The notes under the pieces are model-generated. The model was not told the origin of the DNA, did no database searches, and saw nothing but the letters and a program-made list of their open reading frames with translations. 21,794 nt of DNA from Coniocarpon cinnabarinum. Lineage: Eukaryota. Shown in pieces: positions 1 to 10,918 of this stretch; within the stretch, counting starts at the first letter, position 1, and each line of letters begins with the position of its first letter. The stretch covers positions 62,001-83,794 of the forward strand of contig JAVECO010000101.1 of the NCBI GenBank assembly GCA_051942205.1. The letters are read 5' to 3'. The position numbers and the translations under genes are program-made.

Positions 1-209
1 GAGATTTTTGAGTCGATATGTGTGATATAAAGTGTCACTCAGACGTGCGTACACATTTAAGGATCGTCCCATCCCGTCATGCGGTCGTGTCTGCGCTCAA
101 GTAACGTCGCCAGCGCCACTGAAAGCATGACGTGCAGAGCGTAGATGACACGTAGCCATGTGTCATATATCTACCCACCATTACCACCATCGCACCGCTA
201 TCCCATCCC

Positions 210-215
210 TTTATT
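210..215 (-). terminator. Candidate AATAAA polyadenylation signal of the SGNH-like gene
   Basis: TTTATT on + (AATAAA on -) about 55 nt after the stop at 269-271, within a G/T-rich minus-strand 3' region. Confidence 0.35.
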
Positions 216-268
216 AAATTTATACCCAATCTCCACACCAATATACAATACCACAAATTACCTCTCCG

Positions 269-1980
269 TCAACTCCCCAGCCCATCCTCCCTCCCGACCC
301 AATCCAACCAATTCACAACCATCATAGCCTTGACCAAATTACTCTCCATATTCGCATGCGTCCCATCCAAACTCTCACTCTGCACCGTCAAATTAAACAT
401 GCCCAGGACGTCGAACCCGCGCCAGCTCAGCCAGGCGCGCATCTCCCGCTCGAAGGTCATGAGCTTGATGTTGTTCTGGCCGAGGACGAAGAAGGGGTTC
501 TTGTGGAGGCCTTGGGCGTTGGGGCTGATCCAGAGGCGAGGTGGTGGATCGTTTACTGCTAGTGAACGTGGAGCGCGGGTTTTGATGCTGGCGTCGACGC
601 TGGAGTCAGGAATAGAGTCGTCTCGGCTTTTCAGAATGGGACCGGTGGCGTCTTTGGTCTCGGGGGCAGGTTTTGATGCGTCGTCCTTTTTGTTCTTCTC
701 TTCTTCCTCTTTGGGCGACGGTGGTGGGGGTGGCGGTCGCTCAAAGCCTTCGACGACTTCGCCCATCGCCCCTTCGAAAGCACTGATCCACCTCTGCGCC
801 GGTTCAACCTCGAAATCATCCCATCCTCCCTGTCCGAACACGAAGACCTCCCGCTTCCCTCCATTTTTAACCCCCTTCTTAAACTCAGCCAGCTCCCCTT
901 CCTTGGGCGGATCCTTGACACTCGGCAGAAAATCGATTACCGCCGTGGTAGACTGCGGACACTTCATACTGCCCGCATCGTTCATGTAGACCATCTCCGT
1001 GCCGATGGCCGCAAAGCCCTCACGCGCGCAGTCGTGCTCGTCGAAGAGCGTGTGGCATTGACAATCGAGGTTCTTGGGGTTACCGGGGCGCCAAGTCGCG
1101 CGCGCGCCGGTGGAGAGATCTTCACGAAGGAGAATGTTGAGGGATTGGGCGAGGTGGCGCATCATGCTGTCCCCGACGAGGTGGATGGCGCGGAAGCGGG
1201 AGAGGATTGTGCAGAGTTCGGAGGTGGTGTACCAACGCATGTCTGGAGTGACGATGGAATGTCAGTGAATTGTCGTGTTCTAGGTGGTCTGTCGTTGCTG
1301 TGTTTTACGTTGGTCTACGTCGAGTGATGTGCGTCGAGTCAATGCCGACATCAGACGTCTTTCTTGGCTGTCTCGACAAGGAGACTCCCTACCGTCTCAC
1401 AGCCAAAGTTGCTCAAACAAGAACAATGACCGTCAACATTCACGACAGCTTTTAAATCCCGTCATGGCCGACATTATTATTTTCCAGACAAGAAAGAAGA
1501 ATACTCACCACAATCCCGAGTCTGATAAGGGGCGTCGAATCCAATACGTCCCCCATCCGACATGGCATCCATCAAGCTCGCCCGATCTCGACACAACGCC
1601 TTGGTTGGCCGATACAGCTGCAACGACGAAAAGCTACATGACGGCGTCTGCTTGAAATGGGCGAGCGCATCGACATGTGTATAGGGGCTGAAATCGGCTT
1701 GACTGATCCAGGCGCCGACATGCTATGCAGCAACTGGTAGTTAGCATCAGGTCCCACATCCAGAACGAAAAGGACGAGGCCAAATCAATTCTGTGTATGG
1801 GTCTTTTTTGGGTGCTAGTCTCTGGATATGTTTCATGTGAAATACACTCACCTCGCGAATGTGCGTCGGACTGCTCTGTCGCTTCGGCAGTGCAATCAGG
1901 AGTAAGAGAATTGCCGCGACGAGGCCAAACCATCGTCTATGATTACGCACGAGCGCTAGAGCCTCGTCGACGAATGTCAT
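269..1980 (-). CDS. SGNH/GDSL-like (PC-esterase/TBL-like) type II membrane protein, putative glycan acyl-esterase or acyltransferase; 3 exons: 1980-1852, 1722-1509, 1242-269 (~438 aa)
   Basis: Exon 1 encodes a signal anchor (RRWFGLVAAILLLLIALP). Both donors are GTGAGT. Branch/acceptor sites are GCTAAC..TAG and CTGAC..CAG. The spliced frame stays open (GGRIGFDAPYQTRDC-D-MRWYT). The protein has LVGDSMMRH (GDS nucleophile motif) and a C-terminal DGTH (DxxH). Confidence 0.8.
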
Positions 1981-2519
1981 GAATTCGACATGTAAGTTTG
2001 AAACAACCCCAATCGCCTTGCGAAAAGAAAAGGGGGTTCAATGCAGCCATCACAGGTACATTCAATGGACTGCAAGGCTGTCCCAACGTTAGCAGTTCCA
2101 ACGCATGCAATATCTCTTGGCAACAGCTCTACCCCTATTTCTTTCTCCAGCCATAGTGAAGCATCAATTTCGAGAAGCCTAAATGCAAGAAGTGTGCATT
2201 TCAGAAAAACATCGCTTAAGATGATAATGATTTTCACGACAGCTCGAGTCGGAATATATATGAAAGCAATGCGCCTATCAGTCAGCCGGCCCAGCCCATG
2301 AAACACCCCTTCCAGCAATCGTGCAATGCCGTAACAAGTTCGGTTCCGTATGCTTCTTGAGATTCTTGAATCTTTCCCATGCGATGCGCTGCGATGCCAG
2401 GCCACCAAAGTCAGTTATCCATCACTCTCAACTCCATCCAACGCCACGCAAACATGTCCTATACATTGACGGCCGTACAGAAAATAGCCACATCATCTGA
2501 AAAAGACCGCACGGCGATC

Positions 2520-4546
2520 CTATTGCTTCAATCTCGTCAGACTCGCCACCGCGCCGGCGCTCCCGACTCGCCCGCTCGTCTTTCTCACCCCTCCACCACT
2601 CGCCTTGCGGACGGGACTACTCCTTTTGCCCACATTGATGCCATGCGGATTTGGCGGTGTCTTCCGGGCGGCGGGGCTTTGCATCAGCGTGTCCCCCGAC
2701 TCGTCGTCCACGAGCCATTGTTCTCGCTTTTCGGTCATGGTCATGGTCGTCAGGCATGACACTGCTCGCTTCTTGTGACTCGCGCTCGGGCTCTTGCTCG
2801 GGCGTCGACTAGCCCCAAGCATGCGCAGCTTGTGTTCCTCATCGCTTTCTGCGTCGCCCTGCGGGTTGTGTCTCTCCATCGTCACTACTTCGGTATCCGG
2901 CTGGACGAAAGGTTCGTTTTCGTTGTCGACGTAGGGTTGGACAGATGCACCAAGCATCTTACTGCCCTTCCGCGGCTGGCCAGGCGTCGGTGCTGGAAGA
3001 TTGTCCTCACGTGCGCCCGGACCTGCATCGTTGTAATCAAGCTCGCCTAGGGCGGATCTCTTCCTGTTGCGACCACCGCTGACATTCTGCTGCTCTGGTG
3101 GGGTGAACGTTTGTCCGTTGCTGGCGAGTCGGTGTCTCCGCGGCGGTGTCGAAGACTTGGCGAGTGCCATCTTCTCTTTGAAACTATCCTCAAACCACCA
3201 CTGCCTGAACGTCCCTTGATTAAGGTGTAGCCAATGCTGCTGAGGTCCCACGACCATGCCAGGCCGCATGAAACGCATGAAGGCGATAACTTCGTTGGCT
3301 GTGAAGCCATATCGATAGATCAAGTAGGCGCCAATGAGGCAGCCTGTCCTCCCTAGACCGGCTTTGCAGTGTACTGCGATGGTCCTTTGCTTGGAGATCA
3401 TGTCATGTGCGAGCTTTATGAAGCGTCGGACGACCTGCAGTGACGGACACGTGCCATCCTCAAAGATCATGTCTAAATGCGTCATGCCAAGTGCTGCAAA
3501 GTACGATGGAGAGTACAGCTCCGAGTTCAGTCGGACGACAAGGCCGACCTTCTTTTGCCTGAAATGCGCAAGAACATTCTTGAAGGGTGTTGGTAGGCTT
3601 GACCTCATGATTTGTGATGTGTTTCTGGGTAGCGTCGCGAATTCGGATGAGGAGGGGGGTATCACGCTCGTTGGCTGGTGTTGAGGTGATGCGAAGGCTA
3701 CAAAGTGTGGAGTGATCCAGTTGAAGTCTCCCATATCTACCCTTTCAAAGGTTTCGTATCTGCGCAAGGTCAGCTAGATACCAGCCTGAGCTTCCGACGC
3801 AGACTACTCACTCAGCCAGGTTGAAACTCTTTAAGCCACAGAGGCCCTCCTCTTTTGCCCTCCATACTCCGTACACGATGTCTTGAACATTGAGAACGTA
3901 ATCAGCTTGACTGTAACCTGCGTCACGGAAAGGCATAAGTGGGGGTTCCATCTGCGAGATGGGCGCAAGGGCCAGGTGCGGTGGCCAATTTTGTATCAGA
4001 ACCATGTAGCAAGCCAGAACACATGCAGCGTTCGCTCGACCTAGTATCTGTCAGTACAAGCTCGTCAGGCACGGGGGCGACTCTCACTGACTGCGCGAGT
4101 CTGCGTGGCTCCAAAAAACAACGACTCTGCCCTCGTTTTCCTTCGCGCCGAGCACATCATGTAATGCGACGGCAAAACGGTATAGGTGCCCAATGTGCAA
4201 CGGGCCGAAGTCGGCATGGAAGGCATTGTATAGCAGCTCATGATCGATGGAGAAGTAGACCGGTGACAGGTGTTGTTTGCGAAGATTGAGCTTGGACGAG
4301 CGCTTGCTAGGGGAGCGTTCTTGCTTGAGCGGCCAAGGGAAAGGGGTATGCTCGTCTGGAGGATGCGTGTATGATGCGAGGAACAAGCGATCTGTGTATC
4401 GCCAGCGTCAACAAATGCGCCTTTCCAACTGGGCGGCAGCGGCGACTGCGCATACTCTCGATGTACTCAATGACTTGTCCGTAGCTCCTGCTTTCCGGGC
4501 GAGGCGAGTGTGTAGCAGCCTCGCGCTGCATCACTCCCGCAGGCAT
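2520..4546 (-). CDS. CDC14: Cdc14 dual-specificity protein phosphatase; 4 exons: 4546-4456, 4391-4092, 4040-3812, 3759-2520 (~619 aa)
   Basis: Catalytic HCKAGLGRTG motif. N-terminal DSPn motifs YNAFHADFGPLHIGHLYRF, RANAACVLACYMVLIQNWPPH and PFRDAGYS, plus FMRFMRPGMVVGPQQHWL. Three 51-64 nt GT-AG introns restore a continuous frame. Confidence 0.97.
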
Positions 4547-4855
4547 GGTGCCCGCGCTCGAGACTTGTGAAGAGGGAGAGAATGCCAGCAACTCAGACAA
4601 GCTTATGAAGTAATGCTGCCACCGCGATCTAGCGCAAAGTCAAAAATGCAGCGCCGGCGAGCCCAGGGGACGAGGCCGTATGAATGTCGGTGGATCAGAG
4701 AACCGGGTGGATTCGAGCAGTAGCAATACGCAGCGGCGGGTCGATGTGGGAAAGAAGAGATGAGCGGTCAAAGAAATACGTGTGTGGAGGGGGAACTGGT
4801 AGGTAGATCTAATGTGTATGCATCTGCTAGCGGGCATTGGGACTTCGATTCCAGA

Positions 4856-4863
4856 TTGTTTAC
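4856..4863 (-). promoter_or_regulatory. Candidate forkhead-binding site GTAAACAA upstream of CDC14
   Basis: Exact forkhead consensus about 310 nt upstream of the CDC14 ATG. It is a short motif and could be chance. Confidence 0.3.
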
Positions 4864-5750
4864 CTGCTGCTGGCCCGGCAACCACTTTTCGAATAGCGTC
4901 CTGCGCGTTCCGTCTCCCCAGGCACTCCGCGGGCTGCCAGCTCCACATTGTGCAACGCGCATTGAGAGCGCACGAGCTGTGCGCGTGCACACCACCAAAG
5001 TCGCCCCGTCGTGAGTGCGTGAGTGGACACCTTGCGCGCTGCACATGATGTGAAAGTGATGGAGGGCGGCGCGCGTACGAGGGCACGGTGTGTGAAATCA
5101 TAACACGTCGACGGACGGACTCCCTCCGGCGTGCAGGGCCAGATTGCCTCGCCGGGCGCCCCCAACAATTCGCTCAGCAGCCGGGCATCCACGTGACACG
5201 TATCCTCACCCATTTCTGCCTGCCTTGCCACCATTCCACCCTGCTCTTGACCATTATCATCACAGCAGCGCGAGCTCCGTCTGACCTTGCAACTTTGTCC
5301 CGAAACCTGCTTTTTCGATGGAATACTAGGCAGGCGTCCGCGCACCTTTGTCACAGCTGCCCACCGATGATATCAATGTCCCGAGTGCATAGTTCAAACG
5401 TGGATGCGCCACTTGTCCACTTCCGAATCCTTTCGATGGGTCCCTTTTGCTCTTGATTGTAAGCCGCATCTTAAACTTCGCGTTTCCCCTGTCTAGCACC
5501 ACTGTACCGGCCCTTGCTTCCAACTCTGTCTGAGCACCTGCCCTTGTGCCCTGTGAAACTCCCTTTTCCCGTACACATACCGCGCTATCGCATCGCCTGT
5601 TCCATTCGAGCCTCGTTCGGCACCATGGAGCGACGTCCAGCTCATACGTGTGCCTTTCACAGTGACGGCACCCCAAAGATGTCTCGAATCCATCAGGACA
5701 ATCCCATCGTCGAGCCCAAATTCCCAATCGGTAGACATCCAAGTGAAACC

Positions 5751-7464
5751 ATGTTCCGTCGGATTTTGACGACTGGGCGAAAGCTGCGTGTATGCGTGGT
5801 AGGTGCTGGCGTCGCCGGACTGCGTGCCGCCGACGTCCTCAATCAGCATGGCGCTCGTGTGACACTCATGGAGGCCAGATCTCGTGTCGGTGGAAGAGTA
5901 AGTGTTTTGCGTGAATGACAAGCCTGTTGCGGGGACCTGATGAGTAGTATAGGTGGGTCAGGCTGAGCTTGGAGGGCATCTGGTCGACACGTGCGTAGAT
6001 CCCGCCCCTTGCTCTGTAACGACCCTGCTATCTGCATGCTAATAGAACTCTAGAGGTGCGAACTGGCTCCATGGTGAGGCAGAAGGCAATCCAATACTTG
6101 ATCTTGCGCGTCAAACCAAGTCGGAGCTGCATTCCTGGGGTGAGCGACAGGCAGTTTTCGATGATAGTGGCAAGCCTGTGCCAGAAGACGATGTCTCAGA
6201 GACCGCGGAGAATTTTTGGGGCATCGTAAGCGACGCTTTCCAATACAGCAATGAGTTCTCAGACAGCATACCTCCTGAGCGCAGTCTCATGGACTTTGTC
6301 GTGGAGAGAGCGAACCAGAAATATAACCACCAGCCAGTCACCGAGCGAGATCGAAAACGAAGATTGCTCTTGCAGGAGGCAGAGGCTTGGGGGGCTTTTG
6401 TAGGTGGTCCAATCCAGCGGCAGAGCCTCAAATTCTTCTGGCTAGAGGAGTGCATCGAGGGAGAAAACCCGTTCCTTGCCGGCACTTACAAGAAGATTTT
6501 GGATGCCATTGCAAAACCTGCTTTGAGCTTGGCAGAGCTCAATCTGGACACTGAAGTCACCAAGGTAACGACTAAGCCGGAAGATGAATCGGTGGAAATC
6601 CAGACTGCCAACGGTGAGCGTCAGTTGTTTGATGAGGTTCTTGTGACACTGCCCTTAGGCTGCCTAAAAATCCAGAAAGACATGTTCACGCCAGCTTTGC
6701 CAAAGCGCTTTGCAAGTGCGGTGGATTCGATAGGATACGGCTGTTTGGACAAGGTCATTGTCAACTTCCCTCGGGCATTCTGGAACAGGTCGCCGCCTTC
6801 TAGCAGCACACTGAATGGCGACGCCCATCTCACGAGTCCGAACTTCCGAACACAAGCAGCTCCTGTTCATACGCCTTCTAAATCGACTTTCACGAGAGGA
6901 GAAGAGCAATTCCCTGGCTTCACACATTGGATGCATCCAAAGTATGCAGACAAAACAAATCCTGCCCAGTGGAATCAACAAGGTATAAACCTTGCGGCTT
7001 TGCCGTCCTCTACCGCACACGCGTCTCTGATCTTCTACATCTTTGGCGACTGTTCGCGCCATATCGCGGAGCTCGTCAAGGACAAGACGCGTGCAGAGGC
7101 AAAGCCGGCCTTGGCCGACTTCTTCCAGCCTTACTTCGCCCGCCTGCCTGGATATTCCGAGTCCGACAAAGATTGCCAGCCTCGTGACATCCTTGCCACG
7201 GCCTGGGCTGGCGACCAGTACGCTGGCTTCGGCTCATACAGCAACTTTCAAGTGGGACTCACAGAAGCCGACCGTGACATTGAAGTCATGCGCCATGGGC
7301 TGCCGGAACGTCGAATGTGGTTTGCTGGCGAACACACCTCGCCCTTCGTTGCTCTGGGAACAGTGACTGGCGCATACTGGGCTGGAGAGGACGCAGCCAA
7401 GCGCATAGCTGGGACGTACGGGTTGCAGAAAAGCACTTCCATGAATGGAGAATTGACAAACTAG
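5751..7464 (+). CDS. FAD-dependent flavin-containing amine oxidase (polyamine oxidase/FMS1-like); 3 exons: 5751-5897, 5953-5990, 6054-7464 (~531 aa); in-frame upstream ATGs at 5625 and 5679
   Basis: VVGAGVAGL Rossmann motif, EARSRVGGR, D-T-GANWLHG, VTLPLGCLK, GSYS and FAGEHTS...GTVTGAYWAG. Introns GTAAGT..TAG (5898-5952) and GTGCGT..GCTAAT..TAG (5991-6053). Confidence 0.93.
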
Positions 7465-7579
7465 CCGTCCATATTATCACCATCTAATGATTGGATTGAC
7501 ATTCTGCTGCCGCATCTAATGACCATTACGTAGATTTCATTAGAACGTTGTCATTTGAATGAGACGAAATGCGCGCGAA

Positions 7580-8689
7580 TCATTGAGCTGCTTGCTGTGC
7601 TTCCTGCTGCTGCTGCTGCTGCTGCTGCTGTTGTTGGTCATCTTGCTCCGCCGGCTGGGGTGGTCTGGCTCGGATGAGCATTGGCATCATTTCGCCCATC
7701 TTTATTGGCCAGTCTCGGTGGCCCACGATCTCCATGATCGTCCGAATCGACCCTATGTGAGCCGTGAACGATATGTACGTACTTTTGTCGTTCTCGAACA
7801 CCTCGTTCATAAACCGCCAGGTCCGCGCGCGATGGTCATCGGGCGTCTCTCGCCAGTTCGCATCCCATCTCAGATCGTCGTCCGGGAAGCCGTCTTCAAT
7901 GCGGTAATTGGGAAAGTTTTCGGAAATCCACGTCTTGCTGCTACGCTTGTCACACATGCGGATGCCGTGCGTCTCCCGCAGATCTTCCTTCACCACCGGG
8001 CGGAACGGTCGATCCAAAGGCAGATCCAGAGTCGAAAAGGTTTTCTTTGCTGTGTCCAGCGTGCGCGCCAACGGACTCACATAGTACGATTGGGGCGCTG
8101 GCATCTTCTGCTCGGACAGCTGCTGCGCCATGAACGCATTGTTCCTCTCCGTTTGAACCTTCCCGCGCGTAGTGATCTGCGGATCTGTCCAGTTGAACTG
8201 TGCATCGCCCGGATGACGTGACTTGAAATTATCAAAATCCGGCGGACCGTACTTTCCAGACGCCACATTGTGTTTTGACTCTGCAGCACGGCCGATGAAG
8301 AGCAGCCGGAAGGTTTCCCCTTTATTAGCATTCTTGTTCAAGCTACTCAGAAAGTCGTCGAACGACTGCCACGGCGTTATACTTGCACCGTTGCCGAGAG
8401 ATTCAGTGACTAGTCCAAAATTCGACTGCGTGAAATCAAACACCCAGTCCTGAGTGCGCGTATCGTCCTGCTGGAAATAGCCGGCGACGAGACTGTACTC
8501 CAACGGCGGTGCTGGCTCAGGACCGCTGTGAATGTATCCCGGCATGTTGGCCTCGATAGTGCCACGATTGTAGTAGACAAAAGTTGCAAGAATGAAGAAA
8601 ATGCCCGCAGCCCATAATGAGAATTTCAAGGTTCTGTCGCGTCGAGCGGCAGTCGTAAGATCATGTATAGGCTTCCCGTCCGCGCCCAT
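7580..8689 (-). CDS. PMU1-like histidine phosphatase/phosphoglycerate mutase superfamily protein with N-terminal TM anchor; catalytic His apparently lost; single exon (~369 aa)
   Basis: GYFQQDD..T....FDF..SNFGL, WTDPQITTRG, YYVSPLARTLDT, VKEDLRETHG...CDKRSSKTWI and ISFTAHIGSI match fungal PMU1-like proteins. The RHG position reads GRAAESKHN. TM segment LWAAGIFFILATFVYY. First ATG is at 8689. Confidence 0.88.
   Translation of the reverse strand: MGADGKPIHDLTTAARRDRTLKFSLWAAGIFFILATFVYYNRGTIEANMPGYIHSGPEPAPPLEYSLVAGYFQQDDTRTQDWVFDFTQSNFGLVTESLGNGASITPWQSFDDFLSSLNKNANKGETFRLLFIGRAAESKHNVASGKYGPPDFDNFKSRHPGDAQFNWTDPQITTRGKVQTERNNAFMAQQLSEQKMPAPQSYYVSPLARTLDTAKKTFSTLDLPLDRPFRPVVKEDLRETHGIRMCDKRSSKTWISENFPNYRIEDGFPDDDLRWDANWRETPDDHRARTWRFMNEVFENDKSTYISFTAHIGSIRTIMEIVGHRDWPIKMGEMMPMLIRARPPQPAEQDDQQQQQQQQQQQEAQQAAQ
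7604..7636 (-). repeat. Coding microsatellite (CAA)2(CAG)9 giving Q11
   Basis: (CTG)9(TTG)2 on the + strand, in frame near the C terminus of the PMU1-like gene. Confidence 0.95.
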
Positions 8690-8925
8690 TTTTGTCACTG
8701 TACGCACAAACAAGTGCGACTAGCGGAGGCGCAAGAACTGAGTTCCGAGGAAAAGAATAGAAAGCTGCATCAGACAAAAACGAGACAGATTTGAGCCCCC
8801 TGAGAAATCTGAGTATTGGAGCTTGGGAAGAATTCAGCTGCAGGCGTTTAGGAGACGACGCCCTGGCCGCAGCAATGATCTTCGGGTGACCCGTGCTGCG
8901 TCTATTTCCAGATGTTTCATATCAT

Positions 8926-8935
8926 ATCACGTGAC
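8926..8935. promoter_or_regulatory. GTCACGTGAT E-box (Cbf1/bHLH-type) upstream of the PMU1-like gene
   Basis: ATCACGTGAC on +, matching RTCACGTG on both strands, in the ~340 nt intergenic gap. Confidence 0.35.
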
Positions 8936-9032
8936 GTTTGACCCCCCTTTGATATACCCACCGAAGGCATTGGTTCAACACGCCTACAAATGCTATCGTT
9001 TGGGACAAATCGGTTCCTGGTTCATGTCTCGA

Positions 9033-10220
9033 CTAAACGAGAAAAGTCCAGAAGCTAGGATAAACCAGCTCAGTTTCGAAAATGCGACGAACCTGATCTA
9101 AAACAAACTTCTCCACTTTTCCAATGTTCTTCAGGACCTGCTTTCCTTTCTCGCGTTCGCCAATCTCGCTCTCGACTCGAATCTCTTCAAACAACCCTCC
9201 AACAGGTTTTCGCGTCGTTTTGGCCTCGTCTTCTTCTATCCTCCTCTCTTGAGCACGTTCCAGATGATCAGCTTCCGCTTCAGCTGGACTGTCTTTCAGA
9301 TCCCCTCCAATGAGTGCATCAGCGTCCTCAGGAGCCAGAAAGCAGAAATGCGCTTTGCTCTTGATGTAGGCGAGGACCGCAACACCATCAAAAGTAAGGC
9401 CCGTGACGTTGAGTTGTAGAGGAATGCCCACGAAACTCTCCATCGGATAGTCAAAAGACACTTCCGCTGTCAGCGAGAGCTTGACATTGCCATCGTATTG
9501 CAGATGAGCCACGATTTGCAGGTCATTTGCAGTGTCTTCAGGAGGCGATGTTGAGCTTAGCCGTTCAGAAGCTGTATGTGGTTCAGCTGCGAAGGTTGCG
9601 GCTGGAGGAGACATTGACCGACGCCCGTTGCTCGATGCACTGTTTTGATGCAAGTGACCCAGCAGGCTGCCGCCAAAGCGGGAAGCAGAACCTGCTATTG
9701 GCGTAGAAGCGCCGGAAAGACCTGCACTGAGGGGAAGGTGGAAGTAACTCATGTTAGACGTCCCCCCCGGGATACCAGCTGCTGATGCGCGCGGGAACGT
9801 AAGCGACGCTGGTGACTCTACCAATTCTTTGCTACGACCTGACTCCGCCACGGCGGTGTTCACTTGGGACAATTGTGCACGATTGGTCTGGTGCAGCCCA
9901 TCTACATGAGAGCTATGGCGTTCACCAGCTGGTCTACTAGGAAGATCCGATTCTTGCTTCATATTAAGTTGCTGAGCATCTTCTAGGCTATCGTCCTCCT
10001 CGTCACTATCGTAAAAGTCTGGCAGCGGATTGCAGACATCTTTGACCAGGATCTGTGGTGCAACGTCCCCAAATTCGAACGAGCAAGCTTTTACCGAACG
10101 AATGAAACGTGGGAGTTGAACCTGCTGAAAACGCTCGTGGATGAAGTTTCGAATGGAGTCTGCTAATACCTGGCCATCAAATCCATCAGCGAGTCGGCTC
10201 CAGTCGACTTCTATAGACAT
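9033..10220 (-). CDS. MDM12: Mitochondrial distribution and morphology protein 12 (ERMES subunit, SMP domain), 395 aa, single exon
   Basis: MSIEVDW start, FIHERFQQVQLPRFIRSV, PLPDFY, GIPGGTSNMSYFHLPL, DYPMESFVGIPLQLNVTGLTFDGVAVLAYI, and the C terminus VLKNIGKVEKFVLDQVRRIFETELVYPSFWTFLV. Confidence 0.96.
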   Translation of the reverse strand: MSIEVDWSRLADGFDGQVLADSIRNFIHERFQQVQLPRFIRSVKACSFEFGDVAPQILVKDVCNPLPDFYDSDEEDDSLEDAQQLNMKQESDLPSRPAGERHSSHVDGLHQTNRAQLSQVNTAVAESGRSKELVESPASLTFPRASAAGIPGGTSNMSYFHLPLSAGLSGASTPIAGSASRFGGSLLGHLHQNSASSNGRRSMSPPAATFAAEPHTASERLSSTSPPEDTANDLQIVAHLQYDGNVKLSLTAEVSFDYPMESFVGIPLQLNVTGLTFDGVAVLAYIKSKAHFCFLAPEDADALIGGDLKDSPAEAEADHLERAQERRIEEDEAKTTRKPVGGLFEEIRVESEIGEREKGKQVLKNIGKVEKFVLDQVRRIFETELVYPSFWTFLV

Positions 10221-10918
10221 TAAGCATTTCGCTTCTCAATAGCGGCAATTAGTGAAGTCGAGGAAAACGGAAGATAAAACGACAAACTAAGCCACGAGCC
10301 AAGTACAAGCGTTCAACATCGAGCGGTGCCACATATCTGTGACCTGGCCATGCACTTTTCCAGTCGCGCGTGCAATTGACAAACATGCGTGCACGTGGCA
10401 TTACGCGAAAGATCTGCTCTTAGGTATGCTATTTCAAAATACCTGCTGATTACGATAGACGACGAATCAAAGAACCTCCGCAGAGTCACCGCTTCCAAGT
10501 GATGACGAGACTGTCGCCGCTGATGTCTTGGCGGAAAATTCCTTGCATGTCAGTGTTGAACACCGTGTCCAAATTGTTGTGAACGAGGGATCTTTTCCGT
10601 CGCGTGCGAGCCGCTCATGGACGTTTCCTTCTCGACGGCACACATTACGCTGCGTCAAAAATCGGATCGCGGCCCCAGTTGCATGAGGAGCCTGTCGGCT
10701 CGTATGAGGAAGGAGTATCACAAATTGACACCTAGCGACTGCTCTTTTGTGTCTTGTCCCGAGGCCCCAGATCTATTTGTGAATTCTGCTACGAGGCGCG
10801 CGCATGGACACTTTTTTTCCTGTCTCCTTTTGTCCTGTGCTTTTGATCTCTCTTAAGATTCCCTTCTTTGCGCTGGCGCTGATCTTGTCTCGTTGGCGCG
10901 TGATTGTGTAAAGCTGGG

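Noticed and set aside
1723..1851. Possible nested intron (stwintron) in the 129-nt intron 1 of the SGNH-like gene
   Set aside because: Using the internal CAG at 1791-1793 gives an immediate stop and does not recreate a valid external donor.
4600..5620. Several 80-160 aa ORFs between CDC14 and the amine oxidase
   Set aside because: No recognisable motifs, mostly non-ATG starts, and overlapping in many frames. Best explained as a divergent promoter and UTR region.
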